Part shown: one piece after another, positions 10,255 to 19,455 of the stretch
Position numbering within the stretch: position 1 is the stretch's first letter
Layout of the letters: each line of letters opens with the position of its first letter
Assembly: GCA_017962565.1 (NCBI GenBank)
Contig: JAGCVC010000020.1
Location: 68,622 to 132,621, forward strand
Source: Alphaproteobacteria bacterium
GTDB taxonomy: Bacteria > Pseudomonadota > Alphaproteobacteria > CAAHEQ01 > UBA3637
DNA: 64,000 nucleotides
Direction: 5' to 3'
The notes under the pieces: generated by a model
What the model saw: only the letters and a program-made list of their open reading frames with translations
The model's database searches: none
Told to the model about the DNA's origin: nothing
Position numbers and translations under genes: made by a program

Positions 10255-10812
10255 TTATCTTCCGGAACGACAAAAGATTGCAACATTATGGAATAATTTA
10301 CACCCTCTGTGATTTTTCCCTAGATTTCTTATTTCTCCAATCGTTGTTTGAGAACCTTCCTTCATATTAAAAAGATCTAATGAAACATCCGGACAATCCA
10401 TGCATAAAATAGCAATTCCTTCTGCTGTTTCGGGATTACCATCTAAATCTAAATATAAATCGGCGTATCGATGAGATAATATTTGGGTTGGTTTAATAGG
10501 CAAATTTCCTACTTTTCCGCTGATAGATAAAGTTTCCTTAATAAGCATATTTGTGTACTTTTTACCACCACTACCGTACAAAGCATTTTTATCTGTAAAA
10601 TTACCTTCACCGCTTATAGAGCCTTTTGCATTAAAAGAAAATGGTGCGATTGATGTCCCATCAACTTCATCAGCTTTTATATACGTTTCTTTTTTGATAA
10701 TGCGAACAGAGGTATTATCTTTTCTTTCATCTACTTTTTCCCATGCGTTTACATTGAATAAAGCAGAAAAAATCGTCATTCCTAAAATCAATTGTTTTAA
10801 TTCTTTTTTCAT
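10255..10812 (-). CDS. hypothetical secreted protein (ORFan)
   Basis: Track ORF 10255..10929. Start moved to MKKELKQLILGMTIFSALFNVNA (signal-peptide-like) at 10810-10812 so the gene does not overlap the repeat at 10904-10950. Cys-rich C-terminus. No recognised family. Confidence 0.5.
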   Translation of the reverse strand: MKKELKQLILGMTIFSALFNVNAWEKVDERKDNTSVRIIKKETYIKADEVDGTSIAPFSFNAKGSISGEGNFTDKNALYGSGGKKYTNMLIKETLSISGKVGNLPIKPTQILSHRYADLYLDLDGNPETAEGIAILCMDCPDVSLDLFNMKEGSQTTIGEIRNLGKNHRGCKLFHNVAIFCRSGR

Positions 10813-10903
10813 CTTTAAACCTTCTTTTATGTGTTTCGAGAGCATCATTCTAGCATATTTTATTTTTTTGTCAAGATTTTTTACAAGTGTAAAGTATTCC
10901 GTG

Positions 10904-10950
10904 TGTTTGGCTCGGTATTCGCAAAGCACGCCGTACCAAATTTAACAACC
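10904..10950. repeat. att-like direct repeat copy 3
   Basis: TGTTTGGCTCGGTATTCGCAAAGCACGCCGTACCAAATTTAACAACC: 47 nt matching 10151..10197 with about 5 mismatches. Lacks the terminator-hairpin part. Confidence 0.7.
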
Positions 10951-11057
10951 ATTAAATTATGAACAATTATTTGTCAGTTGATTTCTCGACTATGTTTTTA
11001 TTGACAATTTTTCGATTTTTTGTAAAAATAAAAATCTAATTTGACGGAGAATTAAAT

Positions 11058-12236
11058 ATGGCTACATTAAAAACCAAAGTTTTAAACATTGAATTTGAAA
11101 ATCCTTTTTTATTATCATCTGCGCCACCAACCGCACGCATAGATAGTATTGATAAAGCTTTTGAACTCGGTTGGGGCGGTGCCGTACTTAAAACGATTAC
11201 TCCGGATAATTTGGAAATGATAGAAGCCAGCCCGCGTTATGCTGCGTGGAAATTAAACGGTAAAGTATATGGTTTTGAAAACATCGAATTACTGAGTCAT
11301 TTAACTGTTCAAGAATGGTTGGATGGTATTGCTTATCTTAAAGCTAAACATCCTAAAAAAGTAATCATCGCCAGTATTATGGCTCCGGTTATCAAAGAAG
11401 AGTGGCAAAAACTTGTTAAAACTTTAAACAATACATCAATTGATGCCTTTGAGTTAAACTTTTCTTGTCCTCATGGCATGCCGGAAAAAGGCATCGGCAT
11501 GGCAATTGGAACAGATCCTGAAATATCGGCAAACATTACAAAATGGGTAAAACAAGTAGCTCAAAAGCCTGTATTTGTAAAGCTTTCTCCGAATGTTTCA
11601 AACATTAGCAAAATTGCTCAGGCTGTGATAGATGCAAATGCCGATGGCTTATCTGCGATAAACACTGTACAATCAATAATGGGAGTGGATTTAGATACCT
11701 TGGAACCACAACCAAATGTCAATGGAACATCTACTTTTGGCGGATATTCCGGTATAGCCATAAAGCCAATCGGTCTAAGATGCGTTGCTCAAATAAGGCA
11801 AACAACGGACAAACCGATTTTAGGAATGGGCGGAGTATCAAATTGGCATGATGCTGCCGAATATATAGCTATTGGTGCAGATGTTGTTCAAGTTTGTACC
11901 GAAGTTATGATAAACGGCTATGAAATTATAAAACCTATGTGCGATGGATTACTCAATTATTTAGAAAGCAAAGGTTTTAACTCTCCAAATGACATAAAAA
12001 ACAAGGCATTTGTCAAACTGACATCTCATGAAAAATTGAAAAAGATGCATACATGCCACCCAGATATAAATGATGAAAAGTGCTTGAAATGTGGTAAATG
12101 CGTTTCTATTTGTGCAGAACAAGAACATAGTGCTCTGCACTTGGAAGATCGCAGTGTAAAAGTTGACATGGAAAAATGTGTGGGTTGCTCGCTTTGTTCG
12201 ATTGTCTGTACTCGTGGCGCAATTAAAATGAAGTAG
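11058..12236 (+). CDS. dihydroorotate dehydrogenase-family flavoprotein with two C-terminal 4Fe-4S ferredoxin motifs (PreA-like dihydropyrimidine dehydrogenase subunit)
   Basis: 392 aa. TIM-barrel DHOD/DHPD-like N-terminal body (GGAVLKTIT, FELNFSCPHG, GGVSNWHDAAEYIAIGA). C-terminal CLKCGKCVSIC and CVGCSLCSIVC clusters. GGAG SD 8 nt upstream. Confidence 0.75.
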   Translation: MATLKTKVLNIEFENPFLLSSAPPTARIDSIDKAFELGWGGAVLKTITPDNLEMIEASPRYAAWKLNGKVYGFENIELLSHLTVQEWLDGIAYLKAKHPKKVIIASIMAPVIKEEWQKLVKTLNNTSIDAFELNFSCPHGMPEKGIGMAIGTDPEISANITKWVKQVAQKPVFVKLSPNVSNISKIAQAVIDANADGLSAINTVQSIMGVDLDTLEPQPNVNGTSTFGGYSGIAIKPIGLRCVAQIRQTTDKPILGMGGVSNWHDAAEYIAIGADVVQVCTEVMINGYEIIKPMCDGLLNYLESKGFNSPNDIKNKAFVKLTSHEKLKKMHTCHPDINDEKCLKCGKCVSICAEQEHSALHLEDRSVKVDMEKCVGCSLCSIVCTRGAIKMK

Positions 12237-12255
12237 CTCAATCGCCTGGCACATT

Positions 12256-12273
12256 GTACCAAATTTAACAACC
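12256..12273. repeat. att-like direct repeat copy 4 (core only)
   Basis: GTACCAAATTTAACAACC, identical to the core of copies 2 and 3, located 20 nt after the preA-like stop. Confidence 0.55.
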
Positions 12274-12390
12274 ACTTAGAAATGTTTTTTTCATTGTTTT
12301 TCGATTGGAAGCAAGTAACAATTATTTTTGGAAATATAATTAGTTATAAAAGATTGACAATGTAATATTTTCAGCGCTATTATTGAAACC

Positions 12391-14022
12391 ATGAAAAAAT
12401 ATGCTTTTTCTTTTAGCAAAACGACTTTGATTAGTGTAGTTCGTCTCTGCAAAACGTGGGGTGCCTATTTTCTTAAACTACTTTTCTTGTCATTACTTTT
12501 ATCAATGCCACTATGGTGTATGGATTATTGCTTGAATTGGCTTGGGATCTACATTCAACCTCATTTTCATGTAGATTCTTTCTTTTTAGCAGTTTTGTTA
12601 TCCCTATTGTTAATTCACGTCAAAAGTAATTATTTTTTTTATTCGATATTTGTCGGATTATTGTTAATAATATATATCGGTTTTTTCCATTATTTATATT
12701 TTGGAAGATATTTTACCGGATATGATATTTCTTTATTTTTCAATGAAATGCAAGATACAATCCTGGAGTTCAGTAATGATTTTTGGAAATATTGGCAGTT
12801 ATTGTTAAGTGTTATATTTGGGCTCTTATTGATGTTTTGTGTGCGGTTTTCTGCTAATCGGCATATTAAACAGTCTAATTTGTTTGTTGTGTTAATAATC
12901 CTTTCTTTAATGATTATTCCTATTCAAAATATTAAACGTGGCGGAGAATTTATTTTTCCAAATTCCGCTCAATTTATGTACTACAATGGATTAAAATCAA
13001 TTTCTTCATATTTTATCGATGTGTTAATCTCACGCAAGGAATTAAAATCATTTTTGCCCTATCAAATTGAATTAAAACATTCTTCCTCGGAACCAATGAC
13101 AATTATTTATATAATGGGAGAAAGTCTGTCGGCGGATCATTTGTCTTTATTTGGGTATGCAAGAAAAACGACCCCTTATTTAGAAGAATGGGCTAAACAG
13201 CAAAACTTTTATTATACACGCGGAGTTTCAGGATCTACTGTAACACGCAATTCAATTGCGGCATTTATAAATTTCCAAAAAGAACCGGAAAATTATACCT
13301 TAGTTCAATCCAAGGAACATAATTTGTTTAAATTAGGAAAAAGGGCTGATTTTTCTACAACATTTATGAGTGCCCAAACATTTTCCTCGTTTCCTCATGT
13401 AGGGCTGGAATATGTTGACTATTCTTTTTATAAAGGTAAAAGAAACTTACCTTTAATTTTAGGAGATGATTTTTGGCAAGAAAATTTAAAATCGATCCCG
13501 TTATCTAATAAAAATTTTATTGTAATTCAAATGCGGGCAATACATAGTCCTTACAAAAAAGGGTGGCAACACCGCTTTGATGATTTTAACCATTTTTCAG
13601 GACACCCTGAAGACAAAATTGATGATTATGATAACGGTGTTTTATACGTAGATTCCATTTTGAATAAGACATTAGAATGGGCAAAAGATCTTCCAGGTAA
13701 AGTATATGTGTTTTTTGCATCAGACCATAACGAATTGTTTGGAGAATATGGTATCCGAGGGCATATAACTTTGCACCGACAAGTAGCCCGTATACCTGTT
13801 TTTATTTGGAGTAATGATACGAATTTTGTCCGCGATTTTAAGTCAATTATAAATCCAAGCCATTGGGATATAGGGGAACAAATTTTGCGTTTAATGGGAT
13901 ATGAGGTTAACAATCCAAATACAGAAAAAGATATCATTTTTATACAAGGTAGTGATCCTACAGGTGAGGCAGGATTTATAACCTTAAAAAAAAGCGGTCA
14001 AGAATTAATTGAGGTACATTAA
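12391..14022 (+). CDS. phosphoethanolamine transferase (EptA/MCR-like, sulfatase-fold, 5-TM N-terminus)
   Basis: 543 aa. Five N-terminal TM helices. Periplasmic sulfatase-like domain with IYIMGESLSADHLSLFGYARKTTPYL, YDNGVLYVDSIL and ASDHNELFGEYG motifs typical of the EptA/EptB/MCR family. The nucleophile position carries Ser (GESLSA) where EptA/MCR have Thr (GETARA). Confidence 0.75.
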   Translation: MKKYAFSFSKTTLISVVRLCKTWGAYFLKLLFLSLLLSMPLWCMDYCLNWLGIYIQPHFHVDSFFLAVLLSLLLIHVKSNYFFYSIFVGLLLIIYIGFFHYLYFGRYFTGYDISLFFNEMQDTILEFSNDFWKYWQLLLSVIFGLLLMFCVRFSANRHIKQSNLFVVLIILSLMIIPIQNIKRGGEFIFPNSAQFMYYNGLKSISSYFIDVLISRKELKSFLPYQIELKHSSSEPMTIIYIMGESLSADHLSLFGYARKTTPYLEEWAKQQNFYYTRGVSGSTVTRNSIAAFINFQKEPENYTLVQSKEHNLFKLGKRADFSTTFMSAQTFSSFPHVGLEYVDYSFYKGKRNLPLILGDDFWQENLKSIPLSNKNFIVIQMRAIHSPYKKGWQHRFDDFNHFSGHPEDKIDDYDNGVLYVDSILNKTLEWAKDLPGKVYVFFASDHNELFGEYGIRGHITLHRQVARIPVFIWSNDTNFVRDFKSIINPSHWDIGEQILRLMGYEVNNPNTEKDIIFIQGSDPTGEAGFITLKKSGQELIEVH

Positions 14023-14132
14023 TTAGTTTTCAAATGTGAAACTCTAATTTCCTGAATTAAAATTTTAAAAGTTTATAAAACTTGAAACCCGCTAAATAAT
14101 TTGCCAGGTATTCGCTCAGCCCACTATATCAA

Positions 14133-14999
14133 TTACTCTCTGGTTTTTTCGACAACTTGTTGCGTACGGGCTATTTGCTTTAATTGCTTATCCGTAATTT
14201 CAGCGGTAAATACGGTTGTTGCAGGTCCGGCCATCAACACATCTTTATTTTTATCATAGCTTACAGAAAGTTCTCCTCCATCCAAAATAACTTTTGCATT
14301 ATCAGAAACCATCTTAATATGATTAGCCACCGCAAACGATGCACATGCACCCGTTCCACAAGCCATTGTGCGTCCGGATCCCCTTTCCCAAACACGCACA
14401 CGTAAAGCATCTTTCGCCTTTGCCGGTTCGATAAATTCAACGTTAGTCCGTTCCGGCGCAAAACAAGCATCGTTTTCTATTGCTTTTCCAAAATCATTGA
14501 CTTCCGTTGCTTTTATCTGCCCGGGTAAAACAACAAAATGCGGATTACCGACATTAACGCAATAACCTTCAATTAAGCGACCCAAAATCTTTAAAAGAGT
14601 TAGCTCCTTTATTTCAACCTTTCCCATATTGACCTGAACTGCACTTACTTGATTATCTTCATCTGTAAACAAAGTCAAATGCTTTACCCCAGACAAGGTT
14701 TCAATCCGTAACTTCTTTGAAGTTGTCAACCCGTTATCATATACATACTTTCCGACACAGCGAATTCCGTTTCCGCACATTTTACCTTCGGAACCATCCG
14801 AATTAAAAATACGCATTTGAAAATCATTTTTATTGTCTTTTGGCGGTAAGACAAAAATAACCCCATCCGAACCGATACCGATATGAGAAAGGCTGAAATA
14901 CTTTGCCAAATCTTCCGCATTATCTATTGCTTTCGGATATGCATAACCGTCAATGTAAACATAATCGTTTCCTAAACCGTGCATTTTTGTAAATTTCAT
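14133..14999 (-). CDS. dapF: diaminopimelate epimerase
   Basis: MKFTKMHGLGNDYVYIDG... and two catalytic Cys regions (MCGNGIRC; ACGTGACAS). Track ORF reaches 15014. The internal ATG at 14997-14999 has AAGGGA upstream and matches the conserved DapF N-terminus. Confidence 0.85.
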   Translation of the reverse strand: MKFTKMHGLGNDYVYIDGYAYPKAIDNAEDLAKYFSLSHIGIGSDGVIFVLPPKDNKNDFQMRIFNSDGSEGKMCGNGIRCVGKYVYDNGLTTSKKLRIETLSGVKHLTLFTDEDNQVSAVQVNMGKVEIKELTLLKILGRLIEGYCVNVGNPHFVVLPGQIKATEVNDFGKAIENDACFAPERTNVEFIEPAKAKDALRVRVWERGSGRTMACGTGACASFAVANHIKMVSDNAKVILDGGELSVSYDKNKDVLMAGPATTVFTAEITDKQLKQIARTQQVVEKTRE

Positions 15000-15117
15000 T
15001 TTTTTCCCTTTCATTTAAGATCTTGAAATTATTTTACTAAAAAAAACGGCATTTGCAACTTTTTTATTCAGCATTTTTATATACTCTATGCCATCAGAAA
15101 GACAGTTATCAAAATTA

Positions 15118-15152
15118 TTGACAAAAGTCACAAAATATAGTAAAGTAGCTTT
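15118..15152 (+). promoter_or_regulatory. possible sigma70-type promoter upstream of guaC
   Basis: TTGACA, 17-nt spacer, TAAAGT, about 35 nt upstream of the guaC ATG. By eye only. Confidence 0.25.
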
Positions 15153-15186
15153 TCGGCCTGTTCATCAGATATAGAAAGGAAGTAAC

Positions 15187-16284
15187 ATGGACAATATGGA
15201 CGAACAGTTAGATTTTGATGATGTAATGATCATACCCAAAAATTCAAATGTAGAATCAAGACGAGATGTTATCATTACTAGAGAATATAAATTTAAGTGG
15301 ACAGACAAAGTAATAGAAGGAAATCCCGCAATTGCTGCTAATATGGCAACAACAGGTACTTTTGAAATGGCTCGGGAATTACAAAAGCATCAAATGTTTT
15401 GTGCATTACATAAACATTATACAGCCGAAGAACTTATTCAATTTTTGGAACAAAACAAAAAAGAATTTGGAACAAACGATTATATTTTCATTGGTACGGG
15501 ATTGAGAAGTGCTGATTTTGAAAATTTGAAACAAGTAATGAAAACGGGGTTATGCAATAACATTTGTTTAGATGCACCAAACGGATATATTCAAGGTTTT
15601 GTTCAACATTTGAACAGACTGCGCACCCTCTTCCCAAAAGCCGTTATTATGGCTGGTAATATCGTGACTCCGGATAAAACTGTTGAGCTGATAAATAACG
15701 GTGCAGATATCGTAAAAGTCGGTATTGGCAGTTCTGCAGTGTGTCGAACACGTACGCAAACAGGTGTCGGCAGACCGCAATTATCAGCAGTAATGGATTG
15801 CGTTTCTGCTGCAAAACGTTATGGCGGGATGATTTGTTCTGATGGTGGCATTCAAAAGCCGGCAGATTATGTAAAAGCCATCGGTGCAAATGCTGATTTT
15901 GTAATGATGGGTGGATATTTAGCAGGCTATTCAGAAGCCGGTGGCGAATTGATCACACGCTTTGTAAGAACCGGATTTGTTGATGCTAATGGCAAAGATA
16001 TTATAGAAGAAAGAAAATATAAATTATTCTATGGAATGGCTTCTTCTTTTGCACAAAAGCAACACTATGATGGTTTGCCGTACTATCGTGCATCTGAAGG
16101 TACTGTATTCGAAGTTCCTTTCAAAGGTAATGTGTCATCCGCCATACAAAATTTGGAAGGTGGACTGCGTAGCGCTATGACTTACACAGGTGCTCGAACT
16201 TTGAAAAAATTTCCGGAATTGGTAGATTTTTATAAGGTCAAAACACAACTTAATCGCATGTTCGGTTATAACGAAAAAGAATAA
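15187..16284 (+). CDS. guaC: GMP reductase (IMPDH/GMPR family without CBS insert)
   Basis: 365 aa. IMPDH/GMPR TIM-barrel motifs (VKVGIGSSAVCRTRTQTGVGRPQLSAV; GGIQKPADYVKAIGANADFVMMGG). Length and the missing CBS pair fit GuaC better than GuaB. Confidence 0.8.
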   Translation: MDNMDEQLDFDDVMIIPKNSNVESRRDVIITREYKFKWTDKVIEGNPAIAANMATTGTFEMARELQKHQMFCALHKHYTAEELIQFLEQNKKEFGTNDYIFIGTGLRSADFENLKQVMKTGLCNNICLDAPNGYIQGFVQHLNRLRTLFPKAVIMAGNIVTPDKTVELINNGADIVKVGIGSSAVCRTRTQTGVGRPQLSAVMDCVSAAKRYGGMICSDGGIQKPADYVKAIGANADFVMMGGYLAGYSEAGGELITRFVRTGFVDANGKDIIEERKYKLFYGMASSFAQKQHYDGLPYYRASEGTVFEVPFKGNVSSAIQNLEGGLRSAMTYTGARTLKKFPELVDFYKVKTQLNRMFGYNEKE

Positions 16285-16299
16285 TACTTGAAAGTTCTA

Positions 16300-18240
16300 T
16301 TAGTTCTTTTTGGCTTTATGAAATTCCAAAACCATCATTGTAATGTCATCCGATTGTGGAGCATCCTTCACAAAACGTTGTATATGCTTATGTACATTTG
16401 CCACCGTATCCGTCAAAGACATTTCTTTTTGGTTTAATGCTTTCTTCAACCGCTCTTTATCAAAGAATTTTTCATCAATGGTTTGTGCTTCCGGAATACC
16501 ATCCGTATAAAGGAACAATCTGTCATTTTTATTTAATTTAAATTTACCACCTTCGTATTTATAATCTGGTGAAACACACAAAAATAAATTTCGAATAACA
16601 GTGATATAATCATAACCGTCTTTTGTCTTATGTAAGGGTGGACAATGACCGGCACTGACATATTGGACTTGCCCTGTTGTCAAATCAAGAATACCAACAA
16701 ATGCCGTAACAAACATACCACGTGCATGGTTGTCGCAAAGCCCTCTATTCGCTCTATTCATGGCATCTTGCAATGGATATCCAGCTTGCAACATATTTTT
16801 GATAACCGTTTTTGCTGACATCATATACAATGCAGCCGTAATTCCTTTACCGGAAACATCAGCCATGACAAAGGCAAAATGATTTTCATCGACGGGGAAA
16901 AAGTCGTAAAAATCCCCTCCGACTTCTTTTGCTGGGGTCATGGAAGCAAACAATTCAAAATATTCATTTTTAGGAAAATCCTTTGGTAAAGCAGAATCTT
17001 GAATCGTATGTGCAATAGCCAATTCAGATTCCATTTTTTCTTTTTCACTGGAAACTTTTGCCAATTGTAACAGATGCGCTTTCATGTCCGTTTTCATTTT
17101 GTTGAAAGAAGAAGCCAATTGAGCCAATTCGGATGGCTTATCCAAATGAATTGTTTTTTCCAAATCCCCTTGGCTAATTTTTTGTGCTATTTCCGTTAGT
17201 TCAGAAATCGGTTGGTTAATGTTGCGCTTTAACACCCAATACAAAATTCCGACGATGATAAGCGTGCTAATTAAAAGAACACTAAGCAACACACATAAGT
17301 GATGAAGTGCAGCTTGGAAGAGTTCAAATAAAGGGACATTGACGATTAAAAATAATCCGTTGCCGAGTTGTTTGATGTAGGGGATATATTTTGTTCCGTT
17401 ATAATTAAAGGGTTGACCTTCTTTTAATTGCTTTGAATACCACTTAAGTGTTGATAAAGATTTTCCCATAATAGCATCGTTGTTAACGCCTTTTTCCGTC
17501 GTTGCAATGATATAATCGCTTGTCTTATCTGCAAAAAGAACAAAACTGTTTGGAGTTGGTTTGATTTTCAGAATGGATTTCAAAATTGTGTCCAATTCCC
17601 AATCAACCGTTGCCATTCCAACTAAATCCTTTTGATTATAAATACCGGCTCCAACTGTTGTCATAAGAATGCCAAGTTGAGTACTTCTGTAAGGTTTTGT
17701 CCAAGATACTTTTTGTCTTTTTTGTAAGTCGTTCAAAATTTCCGGATACCAATTTTGATCAAAATAATTGAAAGTGTTTGTAACACATGAAGGAAGCATG
17801 CTGATTTGATTGTCCTTTTCCCAAACAGCATGAATACAGGAAATCTTTCTATCATCGGATATTTCGTAGGGCTTAAAGTAAATGCCGTTTCCCATCGAAT
17901 TCGGATAATTTTTCAAAATTTGTTTGGTAAAAAATTCTCCGACATCTTGTTGTTTGCCTTTTTGAAAGTAAATTTCACCCATAACAGCCAAATCTTGCGC
18001 GTTTTTTTCAAGTGCTGCAATTTCGGTGTTCAATTGACCTTCAAATGCTGTAATGGCAGAATTATTTCCGGCAATTATCAGTTCTTTATCGTGGTAAAAA
18101 GCCATAATTGCAGCACCAGTAACTACAAGTCCCAACACAAGCAATAACGAAAGAGTTAAAATAACAATTTTTGATTTGATACTGTTCAGCATTTTATTTC
18201 CTTTTTCTTCGAATATAATACTTTCACTACTTCTTTTCAA
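16300..18240 (-). CDS. sensor protein-serine/threonine phosphatase: periplasmic sensor domain, HAMP, SpoIIE/PP2C (RsbU-like)
   Basis: 646 aa. N-terminal TM, about 280-aa extracytoplasmic region, second TM, HAMP-like linker (ISELTEIAQKISQGDLEKTIH). C-terminal PP2C/SpoIIE motifs (GGDFYDFF, FVMADVSGKGITAAL, LFLYTDGIPEA). Confidence 0.8.
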   Translation of the reverse strand: MKRSSESIIFEEKGNKMLNSIKSKIVILTLSLLLVLGLVVTGAAIMAFYHDKELIIAGNNSAITAFEGQLNTEIAALEKNAQDLAVMGEIYFQKGKQQDVGEFFTKQILKNYPNSMGNGIYFKPYEISDDRKISCIHAVWEKDNQISMLPSCVTNTFNYFDQNWYPEILNDLQKRQKVSWTKPYRSTQLGILMTTVGAGIYNQKDLVGMATVDWELDTILKSILKIKPTPNSFVLFADKTSDYIIATTEKGVNNDAIMGKSLSTLKWYSKQLKEGQPFNYNGTKYIPYIKQLGNGLFLIVNVPLFELFQAALHHLCVLLSVLLISTLIIVGILYWVLKRNINQPISELTEIAQKISQGDLEKTIHLDKPSELAQLASSFNKMKTDMKAHLLQLAKVSSEKEKMESELAIAHTIQDSALPKDFPKNEYFELFASMTPAKEVGGDFYDFFPVDENHFAFVMADVSGKGITAALYMMSAKTVIKNMLQAGYPLQDAMNRANRGLCDNHARGMFVTAFVGILDLTTGQVQYVSAGHCPPLHKTKDGYDYITVIRNLFLCVSPDYKYEGGKFKLNKNDRLFLYTDGIPEAQTIDEKFFDKERLKKALNQKEMSLTDTVANVHKHIQRFVKDAPQSDDITMMVLEFHKAKKN

Positions 18241-19366
18241 TTAAAATTAACGGCACAACCATTTCTTTGTTTGTTAGTCCCGAATGCATCCCAGGTAAAT
18301 AGTTATATGTATCATTTTCAAAACGCTGCACTAAACTTTTTTCCGTCTTTGCAATAATCAAATAATCGCCTAAAAAGTCCCTGACACAAGAACGTTCTTT
18401 TCCGTATCCGAACAAATTCATTCCCAAAGCATCATTTGACTTTACCAAGATAAAATCCTTTGCCAAATACTTTTTGAATAAATCAAGGAATACCTTTTCT
18501 TTACCCTCTTTCAAAAAAACTGTTTGAGCACGTCCGTCTAATCCCAAAGGAACCGCTAAACAATCAATTAAGTCCGGATAATCATTTAACATAACATCCT
18601 TACTGTTAATATGTCCATGATCCGCAGAAATAATAACCAACGTATCCTTTAAATTCGCACACATTTGCTTTACTTTTGAATTTAAAGTTTTCAATACATC
18701 CTTAACTTCTTTAGAATAAGGACCAAACTCGTGACTGGTTGAGTCCGGATTTGTCCAGTAAGCTAAAACAAACTGTTTTCCGTCTTCTTTGGTTTGTTTT
18801 ACAACTCTTTGACAAAGTTCATCGAAATCCGATACGCCATCCGGCTTGATAAAATTCGGAAAAACGCCTGTTAATTGAACATCTGTCTGTACAGATTTAA
18901 TCCTGTCAAAAATATGCACATAAGGCATTTCTTTTACAACACTTTCTTCCAGCAATTCACCGGTATAAAAATCTTTGTTAGTAAAAATTTCAACCACACG
19001 CCCCAACTTTTTAAAATATGGCGACCATCCCAACCAACCATGTTCAACGGGAGAAAGACCGGAATAATAACTGGTTGTTGCGGCAACTGTTGTCGGTGGA
19101 AAAACAGAAGAAATTTTACCTTTAATATGCCGTCTTAAAAAAGAAAAAAAAGGCAAATCGTGTTGCAGCATATCAACACCCATTCCATCCAAAATAAGCA
19201 ACACAACATTTTTGTATTTGCGCTTTAAAGCCTGTTCCAACTCCGGCAAATGATACATATCTGTATCAACCCCATAGTGCCTTAATAAGGAATTGGATAT
19301 ACCCAATATGGAACAGTCGTAGTTTGGATAAAATATTTTTCTTTTCATAATGCCTCCTTTAAGCAA
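18227..19366 (-). CDS. alkaline-phosphatase-superfamily metalloenzyme (type I phosphodiesterase/nucleotide pyrophosphatase-like)
   Basis: 379 aa. VVLLILDGMGVDML and ADHGH metal-ligand motifs typical of the AP/NPP superfamily. 3' end overlaps the downstream sensor-phosphatase gene by 14 nt. Confidence 0.65.
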   Translation of the reverse strand: MLKGGIMKRKIFYPNYDCSILGISNSLLRHYGVDTDMYHLPELEQALKRKYKNVVLLILDGMGVDMLQHDLPFFSFLRRHIKGKISSVFPPTTVAATTSYYSGLSPVEHGWLGWSPYFKKLGRVVEIFTNKDFYTGELLEESVVKEMPYVHIFDRIKSVQTDVQLTGVFPNFIKPDGVSDFDELCQRVVKQTKEDGKQFVLAYWTNPDSTSHEFGPYSKEVKDVLKTLNSKVKQMCANLKDTLVIISADHGHINSKDVMLNDYPDLIDCLAVPLGLDGRAQTVFLKEGKEKVFLDLFKKYLAKDFILVKSNDALGMNLFGYGKERSCVRDFLGDYLIIAKTEKSLVQRFENDTYNYLPGMHSGLTNKEMVVPLILIEKK

Positions 19367-19455
19367 GTCCTATTTTAGGCATATTTTGATATGAGAATCA
19401 ACAGTTATTTTGATCCTGACTGTTTTTTTGCAACTTTGTAATTCAGTTTATTATT

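Larger units (their letters stand above)
8009..14125. mobile_element. putative genomic islet inserted at tRNA-Leu(CAA), partitioned by repeated att-like sequences; no integrase seen
   Basis: The tRNA 3' end and terminator are duplicated 2.2 kb downstream. Shorter copies of the same core (GTACCAAATTTAACAACC) and a shared 29-nt prefix recur at 10904..10950 and 12256..12273, with a weak fourth copy around 14101..14122. A degenerate tRNA T-arm/acceptor fragment lies at 8160-8186. Cargo genes are functionally unrelated accessory functions between housekeeping SDR/tRNA and dapF. Confidence 0.4.

Noticed and set aside
12341-12390. sigma70-like promoter (TTGACA...TATTAT) immediately upstream of the eptA-like gene
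   Set aside because: The spacing would put the transcription start essentially on the ATG with no room for a ribosome-binding site. Not convincing.
14096-14130. Fourth full att-like repeat at the dapF end of the islet
   Set aside because: Only a GGTATTCGC-centred partial match to the repeat prefix and no GTACCAAATTTAACAACC core. Mentioned as weak, not called as a feature.
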